A stretch of 64,000 bases of DNA from Longimicrobiales bacterium (GTDB lineage: Bacteria; Gemmatimonadota; Gemmatimonadetes; Longimicrobiales; Gaopeijiaceae): NCBI GenBank assembly GCA_965218295.1, contig CBDCKN010000013.1, positions 288,001 to 352,000 on the forward strand, given 5' to 3'. Below are positions 51,491 to 62,494 of the stretch, piece by piece. The position numbers were made by a program, and so were the translations under genes. Position 1 is the stretch's first letter; each line of letters starts with the position of its first letter. Under the pieces are notes generated by a model. That model had not been told where the DNA came from. It saw only the letters and a program-made list of their open reading frames with translations, and made no database searches.

Positions 51491-52772
51491 TCAGCCGATT
51501 TCCAGCGCCGCCTCCCGAACCGCCTCCAGGGTCTCGTCGATGACGTCCGGCGTGTGGGCGGTGGACAGGAAGCCGGCTTCGAACGGGGATGGAGCAAGAA
51601 ACACGCCTCGATCGAGGCACGCCCGGTGGAAGAGTCGGAACTTGTCGGTATCCGCGCCTTGAGCGTCCTCGAAGGAGTGGACGGACTCCTCACGGAAGAA
51701 GATACCCCACATGGACCCCACGGAGCTTCCGGTGGCCGGTATTCCCGCCTCCTTCAGGGCCGATACCACACCCCTGGCCAGGCGACTCGCGGCGGCCTCC
51801 AGGTCCCGGAAGGGGTCGTGGGTCTCGAGGTATGCGAGCTGGGAGACGCCGGCCGCCGTGGCCAGGGGATTCCCTGAAAGAGTCCCGGCCTGATAGACGG
51901 GTCCGGCGGGAGCCACCTGCTCCATGATGTCGCGGCGGCCCCCGAACGCGCCCACGGGTAGGCCACCACCGATGACCTTACCCAGCGTGGTCAGGTCCGG
52001 CGTGACGTCATATCGCTCCTGCGCCCCCCCCAACGCGACTCGGAAGCCGGTCATGACTTCGTCGAAGACGAGGAGGGCGCCGTGTCGCTCCGTGATCGAG
52101 CGCAACCCCTCGAGGAATCCGTCCAGCGGGGGATCAGACCCGAGTTTCCCACGACGGGCTCGACGAACACGCTGGAGATCTCTCCGCCTCGGGCCGCGAA
52201 GAGCTCCTCCACCGCGGCCAGGTCGTTGAAGGGCAGCACCGCCGTATGGGACGTCGCCGCCTCGGGAACGCCGGTGAGTCGGGGAGGCCCAGTGTTGCCA
52301 CGCCGCTCCCCGCGGCCACCAGGAAGGCGTCGGCGTGGCCGTGGTAGCATCCGGAGAACTTGAGGACGACGTCCCGTCCGGTGGCGGCCCTGGCCAGGCG
52401 CAGGGCGCTCATGGTGGCTTCCGTGCCACTGTTCACCAGGCGCACCATCTCGACCCCGGGCACCAGACGCACGATTCGCTCCGCAAGCTCGACTTCGGCG
52501 GCCGTCGGGGCTCCGTACGAGGTGCCGCGGTGGAGCTGGTCGGCCACCGCTTCCATGACCACGGGATGGGCGTGTCCCAGGATGAGGGGCCCCCAGCTCA
52601 GGACGTAGTCCGTGTAGCGACGGCCCTCGGTGTCGAACAGGTAGGGGCCCTCGCCGCGTTCCACGAAGAACGGCGTGCTCCCGACCGAGCGGAAGGACCG
52701 GACCGGAGAGTTCACCCCCCCGGGGATCAGCTCCTGGGCGCACTGCCAGAGCGTGTCGGAATCGCCCGTCAC
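51491..52772 (-). CDS. hemL: Glutamate-1-semialdehyde 2,1-aminomutase; two frameshifts (~52271, ~52130)
   Basis: [42 protein letters not shown] and AGTLSGNP spread over three frames. Confidence 0.93.
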
Positions 52773-54247
52773 GACGACACGGACCGACCGATGAGGTCGT
52801 AGTCCAGGGCGTCCACGATGTCCACGGTGACGAACTCACCCGGCTTCAGTCCCGGGTCCGGGTGCAGGTGGGTGACGCCGTCCACGTCGATGGCCTGCCC
52901 CACCGTGCGCGCGACCCCGACCGGTCGACCCCGGGCGGCATCACCCAGGGGACCCGGATCGTCCACGACGTCGTCGATCAGCGTCTGCATCCGGCGCCCC
53001 ACGAGCTCTGCGTTCCGCCCTGCAGAGATCATGCGCTGAAGATCCATGACCTCCTCCAGTCTCTCTCGCATGAGGGAATCGGGTACTTGATCGGGCATCT
53101 CGGCGGCGGGGGTGCCATCTTCCACGGAGTACGTGAACGCTCCGACCCGATCGAAGCGGATCTCCTCCAGAAGATCCAGCATCTCCCGAAAGTCGTCGTC
53201 CCTCTCCCCGGGGAATCCGACGATGACGGTCGTGCGGAGGGTGAGGTCGGGGACCGCGTCCCGGAGCCATGCCACGCGCTCCCGGATGACGCTCCGGCGC
53301 TCCGGCCTCCTCATGGCCTTCAAGATGCGATCGCTGCCGTGCTGGAGCGGCATGTCCAGGTACGGGAGGATGGCCTCCTCCTCCGCCATGAGCTCCACGA
53401 CCTCGGGGGTGATGCCGGACGGATACATGTAGAAGAGGCGATACCAGGGCACGTCGGTGTCGTCGACGAGGGCTCGGAGGAGCTCCGGAAGGAGCGGAGC
53501 GGAACGGTCCTTGCGCCACCGATCGCGTCCGTACCACGTGGTGTCCTGGGAGATGATGTTGAGCTCCTTCACGCCCTGGCGGGCGAGGGCCTGCGCCTCG
53601 GCCACCAGCTCCTCCAGCGGGGCCGAACGGTGAAGCCCTCGAAAGCTCGGGATGGCACAGAACGCGCACGTGTGGTCGCACCCTTCGCTGATCTTCAGGA
53701 ACGACGTGTGCGGCGTCTCGGTCGACAGGATCCTGAGAGGTCGTTCCATGTTGGGAACGGCCTCGGGCACCTCGGCGAGGAGGCCGCGGTCGCGTAGCTC
53801 CGGCACCAGGGAGGCCATCTCCGTGAGACCGAGGAAGAGGTCCACCTCGGGGATCTCCGACTGGAGCTCCTCCTTGTAGCGTTGCACCATGCATCCCACG
53901 GCCACCACCGCCCGTATGCTGCCCTCCTCCTTGAGCTGGCACGCCTCCAGAATGGTCTCGATGGACTGCTCCTTGGCCGCCTCGATGAACCCGCACGTGT
54001 TCACCACCACCACGTCGGAGCCCTCCACGTCCGAGGAGACCCGGGCGCCGTGTCCCACGAGCGCGGCCATCATCTTCTCGGAGTCCACGGTGTTCTTGTC
54101 GCACCCGAGAGTCACCAGGCCGATGCGCGGTCCGTCCTCGGGACCGACGGGATCGATGTCCAGGCGGACCGCCTCGACATCCGGCGCCACATCGGTCCGT
54201 ATGGGGTCCGGCGACAGAGGGAAGACCGGGAGGTCCCTCGTCCTCAT
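52769..54247 (-). CDS. rimO: Ribosomal protein S12 methylthiotransferase
   Basis: LGCDKN, NTCGFI, GCMVQR and [13 protein letters not shown] motifs; C-terminal TRAM domain. Confidence 0.96.
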   Translation of the reverse strand: MRTRDLPVFPLSPDPIRTDVAPDVEAVRLDIDPVGPEDGPRIGLVTLGCDKNTVDSEKMMAALVGHGARVSSDVEGSDVVVVNTCGFIEAAKEQSIETILEACQLKEEGSIRAVVAVGCMVQRYKEELQSEIPEVDLFLGLTEMASLVPELRDRGLLAEVPEAVPNMERPLRILSTETPHTSFLKISEGCDHTCAFCAIPSFRGLHRSAPLEELVAEAQALARQGVKELNIISQDTTWYGRDRWRKDRSAPLLPELLRALVDDTDVPWYRLFYMYPSGITPEVVELMAEEEAILPYLDMPLQHGSDRILKAMRRPERRSVIRERVAWLRDAVPDLTLRTTVIVGFPGERDDDFREMLDLLEEIRFDRVGAFTYSVEDGTPAAEMPDQVPDSLMRERLEEVMDLQRMISAGRNAELVGRRMQTLIDDVVDDPGPLGDAARGRPVGVARTVGQAIDVDGVTHLHPDPGLKPGEFVTVDIVDALDYDLIGRSVSS

Positions 54248-54963
54248 CGCGTCATCACCCGGGCGCCCGGCGGTGGCACGAAGCGGAACTCGTCGTCGGA
54301 CACCTCGACGTCCACCCGGATGTCCGTGAGGCGCACCCGCCGGATGGACTCGTTGGCGTCGTGGACGTCTACGCCCGTGATCAGGTCGCTCTCGGCATCG
54401 ATCCACACCACGGCCGAACGGAATCCCGCCGACTCCCGCGGGGTGACAGTGAGCTTGTGAGACGGCCTCCCGTCCATCTCCTCGATTCCCTGGTAGGTGG
54501 CCTCGAACCGGCCTCGCGGGTCCTCGAGGAGGTTCTTGAAGAAGTTGAAGCGACCTTCGGCACCCGTGGCCGCGAAGCGGAGGACCTGCTTGGCGTCCAT
54601 GCTCGGATAGAAGGTCCACAGGAACTCGCCGTCCACGACCACCAGGTCCCCCTCGGGGTCGCTGAACCTCATGGAGAACTCGCTGGGCTGGCGCTCGCAG
54701 ATCGTGCCCTCGCCGGACCGGGTCTTTCCGAGAAGCGTGACCTCGATCTCCTGGTGGAAGCGGGCACAGAGCGTCTCCAGCCCCCAGTAGCGCTCTGCCG
54801 CGGCCTCCAGGACCTCGTAGGCCCGCTCGTCCTGGGCGGGAAGCCCGACCGGCGCCGCGGCACCGACGGCCCCCCCCACGAGGAGCACGGGCAGGATGAT
54901 GTGCACGCGGTCTCGGCATCGGGCGGGACGATGGAGACGTGGTGAGAGGCGTGGCTTCGTCAT
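54244..54963 (-). CDS. lolA: Outer-membrane lipoprotein carrier LolA family
   Basis: A.F.Q, VVDG..LW.FYP...QV and F.FVPP.GA.V motifs; located after ftsK; start uncertain. Confidence 0.85.
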   Translation of the reverse strand: MTKPRLSPRLHRPARCRDRVHIILPVLLVGGAVGAAAPVGLPAQDERAYEVLEAAAERYWGLETLCARFHQEIEVTLLGKTRSGEGTICERQPSEFSMRFSDPEGDLVVVDGEFLWTFYPSMDAKQVLRFAATGAEGRFNFFKNLLEDPRGRFEATYQGIEEMDGRPSHKLTVTPRESAGFRSAVVWIDAESDLITGVDVHDANESIRRVRLTDIRVDVEVSDDEFRFVPPPGARVMTR

Positions 54964-55008
54964 GCGCCGTCCATACCCGTTGGGCATCGGGGCCGTTCCT
55001 GGAGGCCT

Positions 55009-57333
55009 CTAGATCCCTTGGCTCGAGCAGATAGCGTCGAGCTCGTCGAGACCCACGAGGACCTCCCTCGCCTTGGAGCCCTCGGACGGTCCCAGGATCC
55101 CCGCGTCGTGAAGCTGATCCACGATCCTCGCAGCCCGGCCATAGCCGATCTTCAGGCGGCGCTGGAGGAGTGACGTGGAGCCCTGGTCATGCTGGATGCA
55201 CACCTCGCCGGCCGCCCGGAAGAGCTCGTCCCAATCCGACGGTCCGTCCCCCTCCACGGCCGACTCGGCGGCCTCCTCCAGCTCGTGGCTCCGGATCTGC
55301 TCGAGGACGTCCGACTCGTCCTCCCGCACGGCTTCGTCGAAGACCCGATTCCGAAGCTCCACCTGGTCCCGGTACCAGCGCATCATGCGATCCGTCTCGG
55401 GTGTGGATATGTAGGCTCCCTGGATGCGCACGGGCTCGTTGCTCCCCGGCGGCAGGAACAGCATGTCGCCGTTGCCGAGCAGGGCGTCCGCGCCGTTCTG
55501 GTCCAGAATCGTCCGGGAGTCCGTCTTGGATGCGACGCGGAAGGCGATCCGGGAGGGGAAGTTCGCCTTGATCAGGCCCGTGATGACGTTCACGCTGGGC
55601 CTCTGGGTCGCCACGATGAGGTGGATGCCGATGGCCCGGCCCTTCTGGGCTAGGGTCGTGAGCGGCTTCTCCACCTCGCTCTGGACGGTCATCATGAGGT
55701 CCGCAAGCTCGTCCACCACCACCACCACGTAGGGAAGCACCCCCTCCTGGTAGACCCAGCGGTCCGGGTCCTCCTCGGCTCCCCGGGCCTCGAAGCGCCG
55801 AAGGGTCACGCCCTCCCGGGCCCGCCCGTTGAACTCGCCGATAGAGCGCACGCCGTTCGCGCTCAGGAGACCGTAGCGGCGCTCCATCTCCAGAACGGCC
55901 CACTTGAGGAGCCCGGCCGCGTTCCGGGGGTCGGTGACCACCCTGTGGCGGAGATGCGGGAGCATCTTGTAGGTGGAGAGCTCCACCATCTTGGGGTCGA
56001 CCATGAGCAGCCGGAGCGTCTCCGGCGTGTGCCGGTAGACCAGGCTCGTAATGATGGTGTTAATGCAGATGGACTTGCCCGAGCCTGTGGTGCCCGCGAT
56101 GAGGACGTGGGGCATCTCGCACAGATCCGCCACGTAGGGCCTTCCGTTGAGGTCCTTGCCCAGGGCCACCGGCAGCTCGGCCCGGCTATTCCGGTAGGCC
56201 GGGGAATCCAGGATCTCCCGGAGCCGGACCACCTCGGGTTCGGGATTGGGGATCTCCACCCCCACGGCCCCCCTCCCCGGGATGGGCGCCACGATCCGGA
56301 TGCTTTTGGCCTTCATGGCCAGCGCGAGGTCGGCGTCGAGATTGGCGATCTTGTTGACCTTTACGCCCGGAGCTGGGATCACCTCGTACTGCGTGACCAC
56401 CGGACCCGTAGTCCGACCGCCGAGCTCGCTCTCGACGCTGAACGTCCGGAGCTTCTCCACCAGGACCTCGCCCAGGACGTCCAGCTCACGCTCCATGTCG
56501 CCCCGATCCTCGTCGTCTCTCGTGGTCATGAATTCCATGGGCGGGAGTCCCGTCTCGCTGAGCTCTCCCTTGGGGAGGGGGTCAGGCAAGACCTCGGCCG
56601 ACCCCTCGAGAGGCTCGTCGACGCCCTCGCCCTCCGGCCCGGACGCGGCCTCCTCGGCTGGCTCATCGCCGAATGCCTCACCCTCCAGATCGTCGTCGCT
56701 CGCCTCCTCTCCCTCCAAGAGCTCCATGGGCGGTGTCCGGTCGAGCCGCTCACGAGCGCGCTCGTCCCACCGGGCTTTGAGGCCCTCACCCCAGGACACG
56801 AGCGTGCCGGCACCCCGCGCCATGACGCCGCTCCCCTGGGCCATCCCGTAGGCCAAGGAGCGGAGCGGATTCCATCCCAGCGTGCCCACCGACAGCACGA
56901 CCAGGAGGAGCGTCAGGAAGAGGACCGCCCCCAGGAACCCCAGGGCCGTGGAGAGGGGTGGGCCTGCGAAGGTCCCCCAGCCGCCCACCGTCTCCTGCTC
57001 CTGGCCCAGCACCTGGAGTCCAACGGGAAGGATGAGCATGAGGCCCGAGGACAGGATCACCAGACGCGTGGTCCACCCCGGCGACAGCCAATCCCCCGCC
57101 CTCACACCCGCGATCAGGAGAAGGATCGGAACGAAGAACGCGGCGCCACCGAGCAGGCCGCCGAGGGCGTGCTGAGTCGTGCCCCCCACGAGGCCCATCA
57201 TGTTCCCCGAGGGGAACCACAGGGCCAGGCGGGGACCGAGGGCCACCACGGGCATCAGGGCCGCGACAATAAAGAGCGCCAGTGCCAGAAGCCCTGCCGC
57301 CAGGATGTCCCGTTGCTGCCCCCGCGACAACAT
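55009..57333 (-). CDS. ftsK: DNA translocase FtsK
   Basis: N-terminal TM domain; AGTTGSGKS, DELADLM, ATQRPS and LLGNGDML motifs; gamma domain LQRRLKIGYGRAAR. Confidence 0.98.
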   Translation of the reverse strand: MLSRGQQRDILAAGLLALALFIVAALMPVVALGPRLALWFPSGNMMGLVGGTTQHALGGLLGGAAFFVPILLLIAGVRAGDWLSPGWTTRLVILSSGLMLILPVGLQVLGQEQETVGGWGTFAGPPLSTALGFLGAVLFLTLLLVVLSVGTLGWNPLRSLAYGMAQGSGVMARGAGTLVSWGEGLKARWDERARERLDRTPPMELLEGEEASDDDLEGEAFGDEPAEEAASGPEGEGVDEPLEGSAEVLPDPLPKGELSETGLPPMEFMTTRDDEDRGDMERELDVLGEVLVEKLRTFSVESELGGRTTGPVVTQYEVIPAPGVKVNKIANLDADLALAMKAKSIRIVAPIPGRGAVGVEIPNPEPEVVRLREILDSPAYRNSRAELPVALGKDLNGRPYVADLCEMPHVLIAGTTGSGKSICINTIITSLVYRHTPETLRLLMVDPKMVELSTYKMLPHLRHRVVTDPRNAAGLLKWAVLEMERRYGLLSANGVRSIGEFNGRAREGVTLRRFEARGAEEDPDRWVYQEGVLPYVVVVVDELADLMMTVQSEVEKPLTTLAQKGRAIGIHLIVATQRPSVNVITGLIKANFPSRIAFRVASKTDSRTILDQNGADALLGNGDMLFLPPGSNEPVRIQGAYISTPETDRMMRWYRDQVELRNRVFDEAVREDESDVLEQIRSHELEEAAESAVEGDGPSDWDELFRAAGEVCIQHDQGSTSLLQRRLKIGYGRAARIVDQLHDAGILGPSEGSKAREVLVGLDELDAICSSQGI

Positions 57334-58082
57334 CAGCGGCTCGCCTCGGGGGCCCTCGGGCTCATGGAGGGAACGTGGATCACCCGCTCCTCCATTTCGG
57401 GAACGACGGCGTAGCGGTCCACCTGGGCGCAGAATCTCAAGTCGTCGCGGAACCCGATCTCGATGAGACTCTTGCCGGCGTCGGTCATGGCGAGGAAGTC
57501 GGCACCGACGCGGAACCTGTGTGAGAGCTCCAGGGCGGCGTACCCTGCATCGTTGAGCTCGATCTCCCGGTCGTGCTGTTCGCGAAGGCTATTGAGGAGG
57601 GTGCCCGCGCAGACCGCGTCATCCACGGAGAACCTGCCCTCCCTGCCAGCGCAAACCACCACCAACCGCTCCACTGCGGCCACCGCGTCGACGACGCCGC
57701 CGAGGTTCAGGAAGCAACATGCCAATACGCGATGGGCGTCTTCGGCCATCAGAAACGCCCGGGTCCCGTTGGTCGTGCTCATGACCAATCGCTTGTCCGC
57801 CACACGCTCCGCGACGAACTCACGGGGGGAATTCCCGAGATCGAACCCCTCGATCATGAGGCCCTTGGACTCACCACAGAGAAGTGTGTCCTCCGGGCTC
57901 AGGGAGGACGCCAGCCTGATGGCGTCCTCCCTGGACGAAGCGGGATACACGCCACGAGCCCCGTTCACCAGGGCCTCCACCATGGTGCTCGTGGCTCTCA
58001 GAACGTCGATGACCACGACGGTGCACTCCGCCATGTCGAGCGCCGCGGGCTCTCCGGCCTGGAAGAATAGATCGACCCTCAT
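57333..58082 (-). CDS. comB: 2-phosphosulfolactate phosphatase family protein
   Basis: VIDVLRATST, GFDLGNSP, TTNGT and DDAVCAG motifs. Confidence 0.92.
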   Translation of the reverse strand: MRVDLFFQAGEPAALDMAECTVVVIDVLRATSTMVEALVNGARGVYPASSREDAIRLASSLSPEDTLLCGESKGLMIEGFDLGNSPREFVAERVADKRLVMSTTNGTRAFLMAEDAHRVLACCFLNLGGVVDAVAAVERLVVVCAGREGRFSVDDAVCAGTLLNSLREQHDREIELNDAGYAALELSHRFRVGADFLAMTDAGKSLIEIGFRDDLRFCAQVDRYAVVPEMEERVIHVPSMSPRAPEASR

Positions 58083-59438
58083 CCCTGGCTCGATCGTTCG
58101 CTGAGGAATCGGTCCACGAATCCGGTGTCCACGTTCCCAGAGACGAAGTGCTCGTCCCGGGTGATCTCGGAGAGAAACGGAATGGTGGTCGTGATCCCCT
58201 CGATGACGAAGGACTCGAGCACGTGCCGCGCCCTCACGACGGCCTCCTCACGGTTGTTCCCGTGCACGATGAGCTTGGCCAGAAGAGAGTCGTAGTAGGG
58301 CGGCACCTGGTATCCACTGTAGATGTGGGTGTCGAGCCTCACTCCGGGCCCACCGGGTGGGTGGAAGGTGTGGATCGGCCCGGGCGAGGGCGCAAAGTTC
58401 CGCTCGGCGTCCTCGGCGTTCACCCGAAACTCGATGGCGTGCCCACGCAGGGTCACGTCCTCACACGGGAAGGTGAGCGGCTCGCCCGCCGCCACCCGGA
58501 TCTGCTCCTTCACCAGGTCCAGCCCGGTGGTCACCTCGGTAACGGGATGCTCCACCTGGATCCGGGTGTTCATCTCGATGAAGTAGAACGAGCCGTCGGC
58601 GTCCAGCAGGAACTCCACCGTCCCGGCCCCTACATAGCCGATCCCCTTCGCCGCCAGCACGGCAATTTCTCCCATCTGCCCGCGCATCTCCGGAGTGAGG
58701 GCAAGTGAGGGCGCCTCTTCGATGAGCTTCTGATGCCTGCGCTGGATGGAGCAGTCGCGCTCGCCGAGATGGACGACACGGCCGTGCTGATCCCCGAAGA
58801 TCTGGAACTCGATGTGCCGCGGCCGGACGATGCACCTCTCGAGGTAGATGGTGTCGTCACCGAAGGCGGCCTGGGCTTCCGTCTGAGCGGCCTGGAGAAG
58901 GCGTCCGAAGCTCTTCGCATCCGGGGCGATGCGCATCCCCTTCCCCCCACCGCCCGCCGAAGCCTTGATCATCACGGGGAAGCCGATCTCGTCGGCGATA
59001 CGCGCCGCCTCGGCGGGATCGGACACCACTCCGTCCGACCCGGGGGACCGTGGGAACGCCGAGCTCGTCCATGGTGCAGCGGGCGGTCGCCTTGTCGCCC
59101 ATGGACCGGATCTGGTCCGGTGTGGGCCCGATGAAGACGATGTCGGAGCGCTGGCAGATCTCGCTAAACTCGGCGTTCTCGGCCAGGAATCCGTAGCCGG
59201 GGTGGATGGCCTCGGCCCCCGTCACCTCTGCGGCCGCGATGATCTGCGGGACGTTGAGGTAGCTCTGCGCCGCGAGAGCCGGCCCAATGCAGACGTCCTC
59301 GTCGGCGAAGCGTACGTGGAGCGACTCCCGGTCCGCTTCGGAGTACACCGCCACGGCCTTCACGCCGAGCTCGTGACAGGCCCGGATGATCCGGAGAGCG
59401 ATCTCCCCTCGGTTGGCGATCAGGACCCTCTTGAACAC
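58079..59438 (-). CDS. accC: Acetyl-CoA carboxylase biotin carboxylase; frameshift at ~59044
   Basis: [17 protein letters not shown] | [28 protein letters not shown] and YYDSL motifs; one extra C in a C5 run. Confidence 0.95.
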
Positions 59439-59476
59439 TCAGCTACACCGCCCTGTGCCGATAGGAGAAGCCCGGC

Positions 59477-59977
59477 TCACGAAGGGGAGAGGCGGAACAG
59501 TACCTGCCCGAACTCTACCGGCTCCGCATTCTCGGCGCAGATCTCCTGGATCACCCCCGACACCTCCGACTCCAGCTCGTTCATGAGCTTCATGGCTTCG
59601 ATGATGCAGAGCGCGTCACCGGGGCTCACGCGGCGACCTACCTCGGCATAGGGCGGGGCATCCGGAGCGGGTGCGCGGAAGAAGGTGCCCACCATGGGAG
59701 ACTTGATCTCGAAGAGGTCCGATGCCGGTGGCGCCGCCTCAGGCTGACCATCCGTGGCAGCCACGAGAGCCGAAGCGACCGGCTCGGTCTCGGCGGCCGC
59801 AGGGGCCGCTACCGGCGGTGGTGGCGTCACGTGGTTCATTGGGGTGGCCACGACGACATCTGCCCCAGACGTCTTGGCCAGCCTGATGCGCGTGCCACCT
59901 CGCTCGATCTCGATGTAATCGAGGCCGCTGGCGTCGATGGCCTCGATGAGGCTCTGGAGGAAATCCAGATCGATCAT
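59477..59977 (-). CDS. accB: Biotin carboxyl carrier protein
   Basis: SPMVGTF and EAMKLMNE motifs. Confidence 0.98.
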   Translation of the reverse strand: MIDLDFLQSLIEAIDASGLDYIEIERGGTRIRLAKTSGADVVVATPMNHVTPPPPVAAPAAAETEPVASALVAATDGQPEAAPPASDLFEIKSPMVGTFFRAPAPDAPPYAEVGRRVSPGDALCIIEAMKLMNELESEVSGVIQEICAENAEPVEFGQVLFRLSPS

Positions 59978-60540
59978 GAAGAGACCCGAGTCAGATATTT
60001 GTCCTCGCGGCGGTCCACCTTGAGCACGTCCCCCTCTTCGATGAAAAGCGGTACCTGAACCACCGCCCCGGTCTCAAGCGTCGCGGGCTTGGTACCGCCC
60101 TGGGCCGTGTCACCCCGGACCCCGGGATCGGTCTCGGTCACAGTCAGCTCGACGAACTGGGGGAGCTCCACGCTGAGGACGTTCCCGTCGTGGACGAGCC
60201 CCTCACACTCCATGTTCTCTTTCAGGTACTTGAGCTGATCCCCTCCCAGGAGTTCGCCCGAGATGGGGATCATATCGTACGTCTGTTGGTCCATGAAGTG
60301 GTAGAGCTGGCCATCGGAGTAGCTGTAGGTGACGGGGCGGCGCTCGAGCCGGACGTCGATCACCTTCTCCCCCGCCCGATACGTCTTGTCGACAACGGCC
60401 CCCGTCAGGACGTTCTTGAGCTTCGTCCTCACGAACGCTCCACCCTTGCCGGGCTTTACATGCTGAAAATAAGCGATGGCCCAGAGTTGCCCGTCGATGT
60501 CCAAAACCATGCCGTTGCGAAAATCAGCAGTCGAAGCCAT
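59974..60540 (-). CDS. efp: Elongation factor P
   Basis: HVKPGKGGAF, PGVRGDTA and VPLFI motifs. Confidence 0.98.
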   Translation of the reverse strand: MASTADFRNGMVLDIDGQLWAIAYFQHVKPGKGGAFVRTKLKNVLTGAVVDKTYRAGEKVIDVRLERRPVTYSYSDGQLYHFMDQQTYDMIPISGELLGGDQLKYLKENMECEGLVHDGNVLSVELPQFVELTVTETDPGVRGDTAQGGTKPATLETGAVVQVPLFIEEGDVLKVDRREDKYLTRVSS

Positions 60541-60572
60541 GACGCCTTGTCAGTCGATGGAACCCGCCGGAG

Positions 60573-61010
60573 CTACCGGCCGGCGATGTGGGCCACAAGG
60601 CCCCTGAGCGCTAGAAGATAGCTCTGCGATCCAAATCCAAGAACAACCCCCACGGCCACGGGGGCAAGGAATGAATGACGGCGAAATCTCTCTCGACCGG
60701 CCGTGTTGGAGAGGTGAACTTCCACGAAGGGCAGTCCGACACCCACGAGCCCGTCTCGCAACGCCACGCTGGTATGGGTCAGGCCACCCGGATTCACAAG
60801 AAAGCCGTCGACCCGACCGGCGGCCTCCTCAAGGAAGTCGAGAATGTCACCCTCCGAGTTGGACTGGAAGGTCTCGACCTCTACGCCCAGTTCCTCACCT
60901 AGGGATTGGGCAGCTCCATTGATGTCGTCCAAGCTGTCGGTGCCGTAGACGTCGGGCTCTCTCCGGCCGAGGAGGCGAAGGTTGGGTCCATGTATGATCG
61001 CGATCCGCAC
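60573..61010 (-). CDS. aroQ: Type II 3-dehydroquinate dehydratase
   Basis: HGPNL.LLGRREP..YG, NPGGLTHTS and EVHLSN motifs. Confidence 0.97.
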   Translation of the reverse strand: MRIAIIHGPNLRLLGRREPDVYGTDSLDDINGAAQSLGEELGVEVETFQSNSEGDILDFLEEAAGRVDGFLVNPGGLTHTSVALRDGLVGVGLPFVEVHLSNTAGRERFRRHSFLAPVAVGVVLGFGSQSYLLALRGLVAHIAGR

Positions 61011-61031
61011 GGCGTTTCCTCCTAGAGGCCT

Positions 61032-62294
61032 CTAAAGCCGGTTCAGCCACGGGAACGGATCGTCGGGCTCGCCATCGGAGGGTCCGTCCGGAGCGAGGGA
61101 CTCGATGGGAACCACCGGACGATCGTCGTGAACGGAGGACGCATCCCCCGTCGCCAGGGATCCAACCGGCTCCAGATCGGCTACCGGTGGCTCCACCACC
61201 AGAGGCTCCGGATCCGGCGCGAGGTCCTCCACGGGAACCGCCGGCTCGGCTGCAACGGCCTCCGCCGGGTCCGGGTCCGGAGCCAAGGACTCGATGGGAA
61301 CCACCCGACGGTCGTCCGCGGCCGCCGCTTCCTCCTGTATCGCGACCGGCGCCTCGTCCATGGCAACAGGTGCTTCGGCGACCACCGGCTCCGGGTCAGG
61401 CGCCAGGGATTCGATGGGGACTAGGGGAGGATCGTCGGCTAGTTCTGTGTCGATACGCCAGGTCAGCTCGGCCACGCGGTGAAGGAATATCCCATTGTCG
61501 GGATCATCGGCCAGGAGCTTCCGGTAGACCTCCACCGCCTTGTCCACGGCGCCTTGCTTCGCGTAAAGCTCGGCTAGCGTCTGGGTGTAGATCTCCCCTT
61601 CATCCTCGGCCACGACCTCGTCCGGGGGCTCCACCTCCACGACAGGCTCCTCGAGCGCGACCTCGTCCGGGGGCTCCACCTCCACGACAGGCTCCTCGGC
61701 CACGTCCTCGGCCGGGGGCTCCACCTCCACGACAGGCTCCTCGAGCGCGACCTCGTCCGGGGCCGACACCTCCGCCGTCTCCAGCGGCGCCGCATCCTCC
61801 ACCGGAACCGCCTCCGCAAGCGCCTCCTCCACCACCGGCTCCTCCGGCGCCACCGCCTCGGTTCCGGCGGCCGTAGACGCTTCCGCCACCTCGGCCTGGA
61901 AGCTCTCCAGCGCAGCAAGCACCTCCGGATCGTCGGGCTCTAGCTCGACCAGCCTCTCCAAGTACGTCAGTCCCCGACTGGAATCTTCCACCAGCTCGGC
62001 CAGGGAGCGCAGAGCCACCCCGTTCTCGGCATCGAGCTCCAGGACTCGCTCCAACGCGCGGATCGCGCTGTCGTCCTCCCCCCGATCCCGGTACAGCCAC
62101 CCCGCCACCACGTGACCCGAAGCGGAATCGGGGTGGGCAACCAGTCCCTCCTGAAGCACGCTGAGAGCCCGGTCCAACTCGCCCAGCCGACGGTGAGCGT
62201 CGGCCAGGGGCACGAAGGCGCGACCGGTAGGATCCTTCTCGGAAAAGAAGATCTCCTGAAGCCGATCGATCTGCTGATTCAGCGGTTCGGGCAC
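61032..62294 (-). CDS. TPR protein with acidic Pro/Glu/Val-rich repeats
   Basis: N-terminal TPRs (FVPLADAHRRLG...), a second TPR (TLAELYAKQG...), disordered linkers; GGGGAG RBS before GTG at 62294. Confidence 0.85.
   Translation of the reverse strand: MPEPLNQQIDRLQEIFFSEKDPTGRAFVPLADAHRRLGELDRALSVLQEGLVAHPDSASGHVVAGWLYRDRGEDDSAIRALERVLELDAENGVALRSLAELVEDSSRGLTYLERLVELEPDDPEVLAALESFQAEVAEASTAAGTEAVAPEEPVVEEALAEAVPVEDAAPLETAEVSAPDEVALEEPVVEVEPPAEDVAEEPVVEVEPPDEVALEEPVVEVEPPDEVVAEDEGEIYTQTLAELYAKQGAVDKAVEVYRKLLADDPDNGIFLHRVAELTWRIDTELADDPPLVPIESLAPDPEPVVAEAPVAMDEAPVAIQEEAAAADDRRVVPIESLAPDPDPAEAVAAEPAVPVEDLAPDPEPLVVEPPVADLEPVGSLATGDASSVHDDRPVVPIESLAPDGPSDGEPDDPFPWLNRL
61613..61762. repeat. In-frame 45-bp tandem repeat, about 3.3 copies
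   Basis: Unit cgacctcgtccgggggctccacctccacgacaggctcctcgagcg, encoding PDEVALEEPVVEVEP on the minus strand. Confidence 0.92.
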
Positions 62295-62494
62295 AGTGTA
62301 CTCCCCTGAAGAATTGGAAAATACTGGGCTGAGCTGAAGAAGGAGTGTACGGGGGCAAGATACTGATTCCGCCAAAAACGTGTCAACGAAGGAGGTTGAG
62401 GGCCCCATAGGGTGCCGTTACTTTTCAAGGCCTTTTGCGTATGAAAAGGGACAAGTTTTCTTGACCGCCGCACACGCCGAGGAGTAGCCGGGTT

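Noticed and set aside
51491..59438. Programmed frameshifting in hemL or accC
   Set aside because: No canonical slippery heptamer or stimulator seen; scattered indels in unrelated genes fit sequencing error better.
61613..61762. CRISPR array
   Set aside because: The units are contiguous, in-frame coding repeats without unique spacers, and there are no cas genes.
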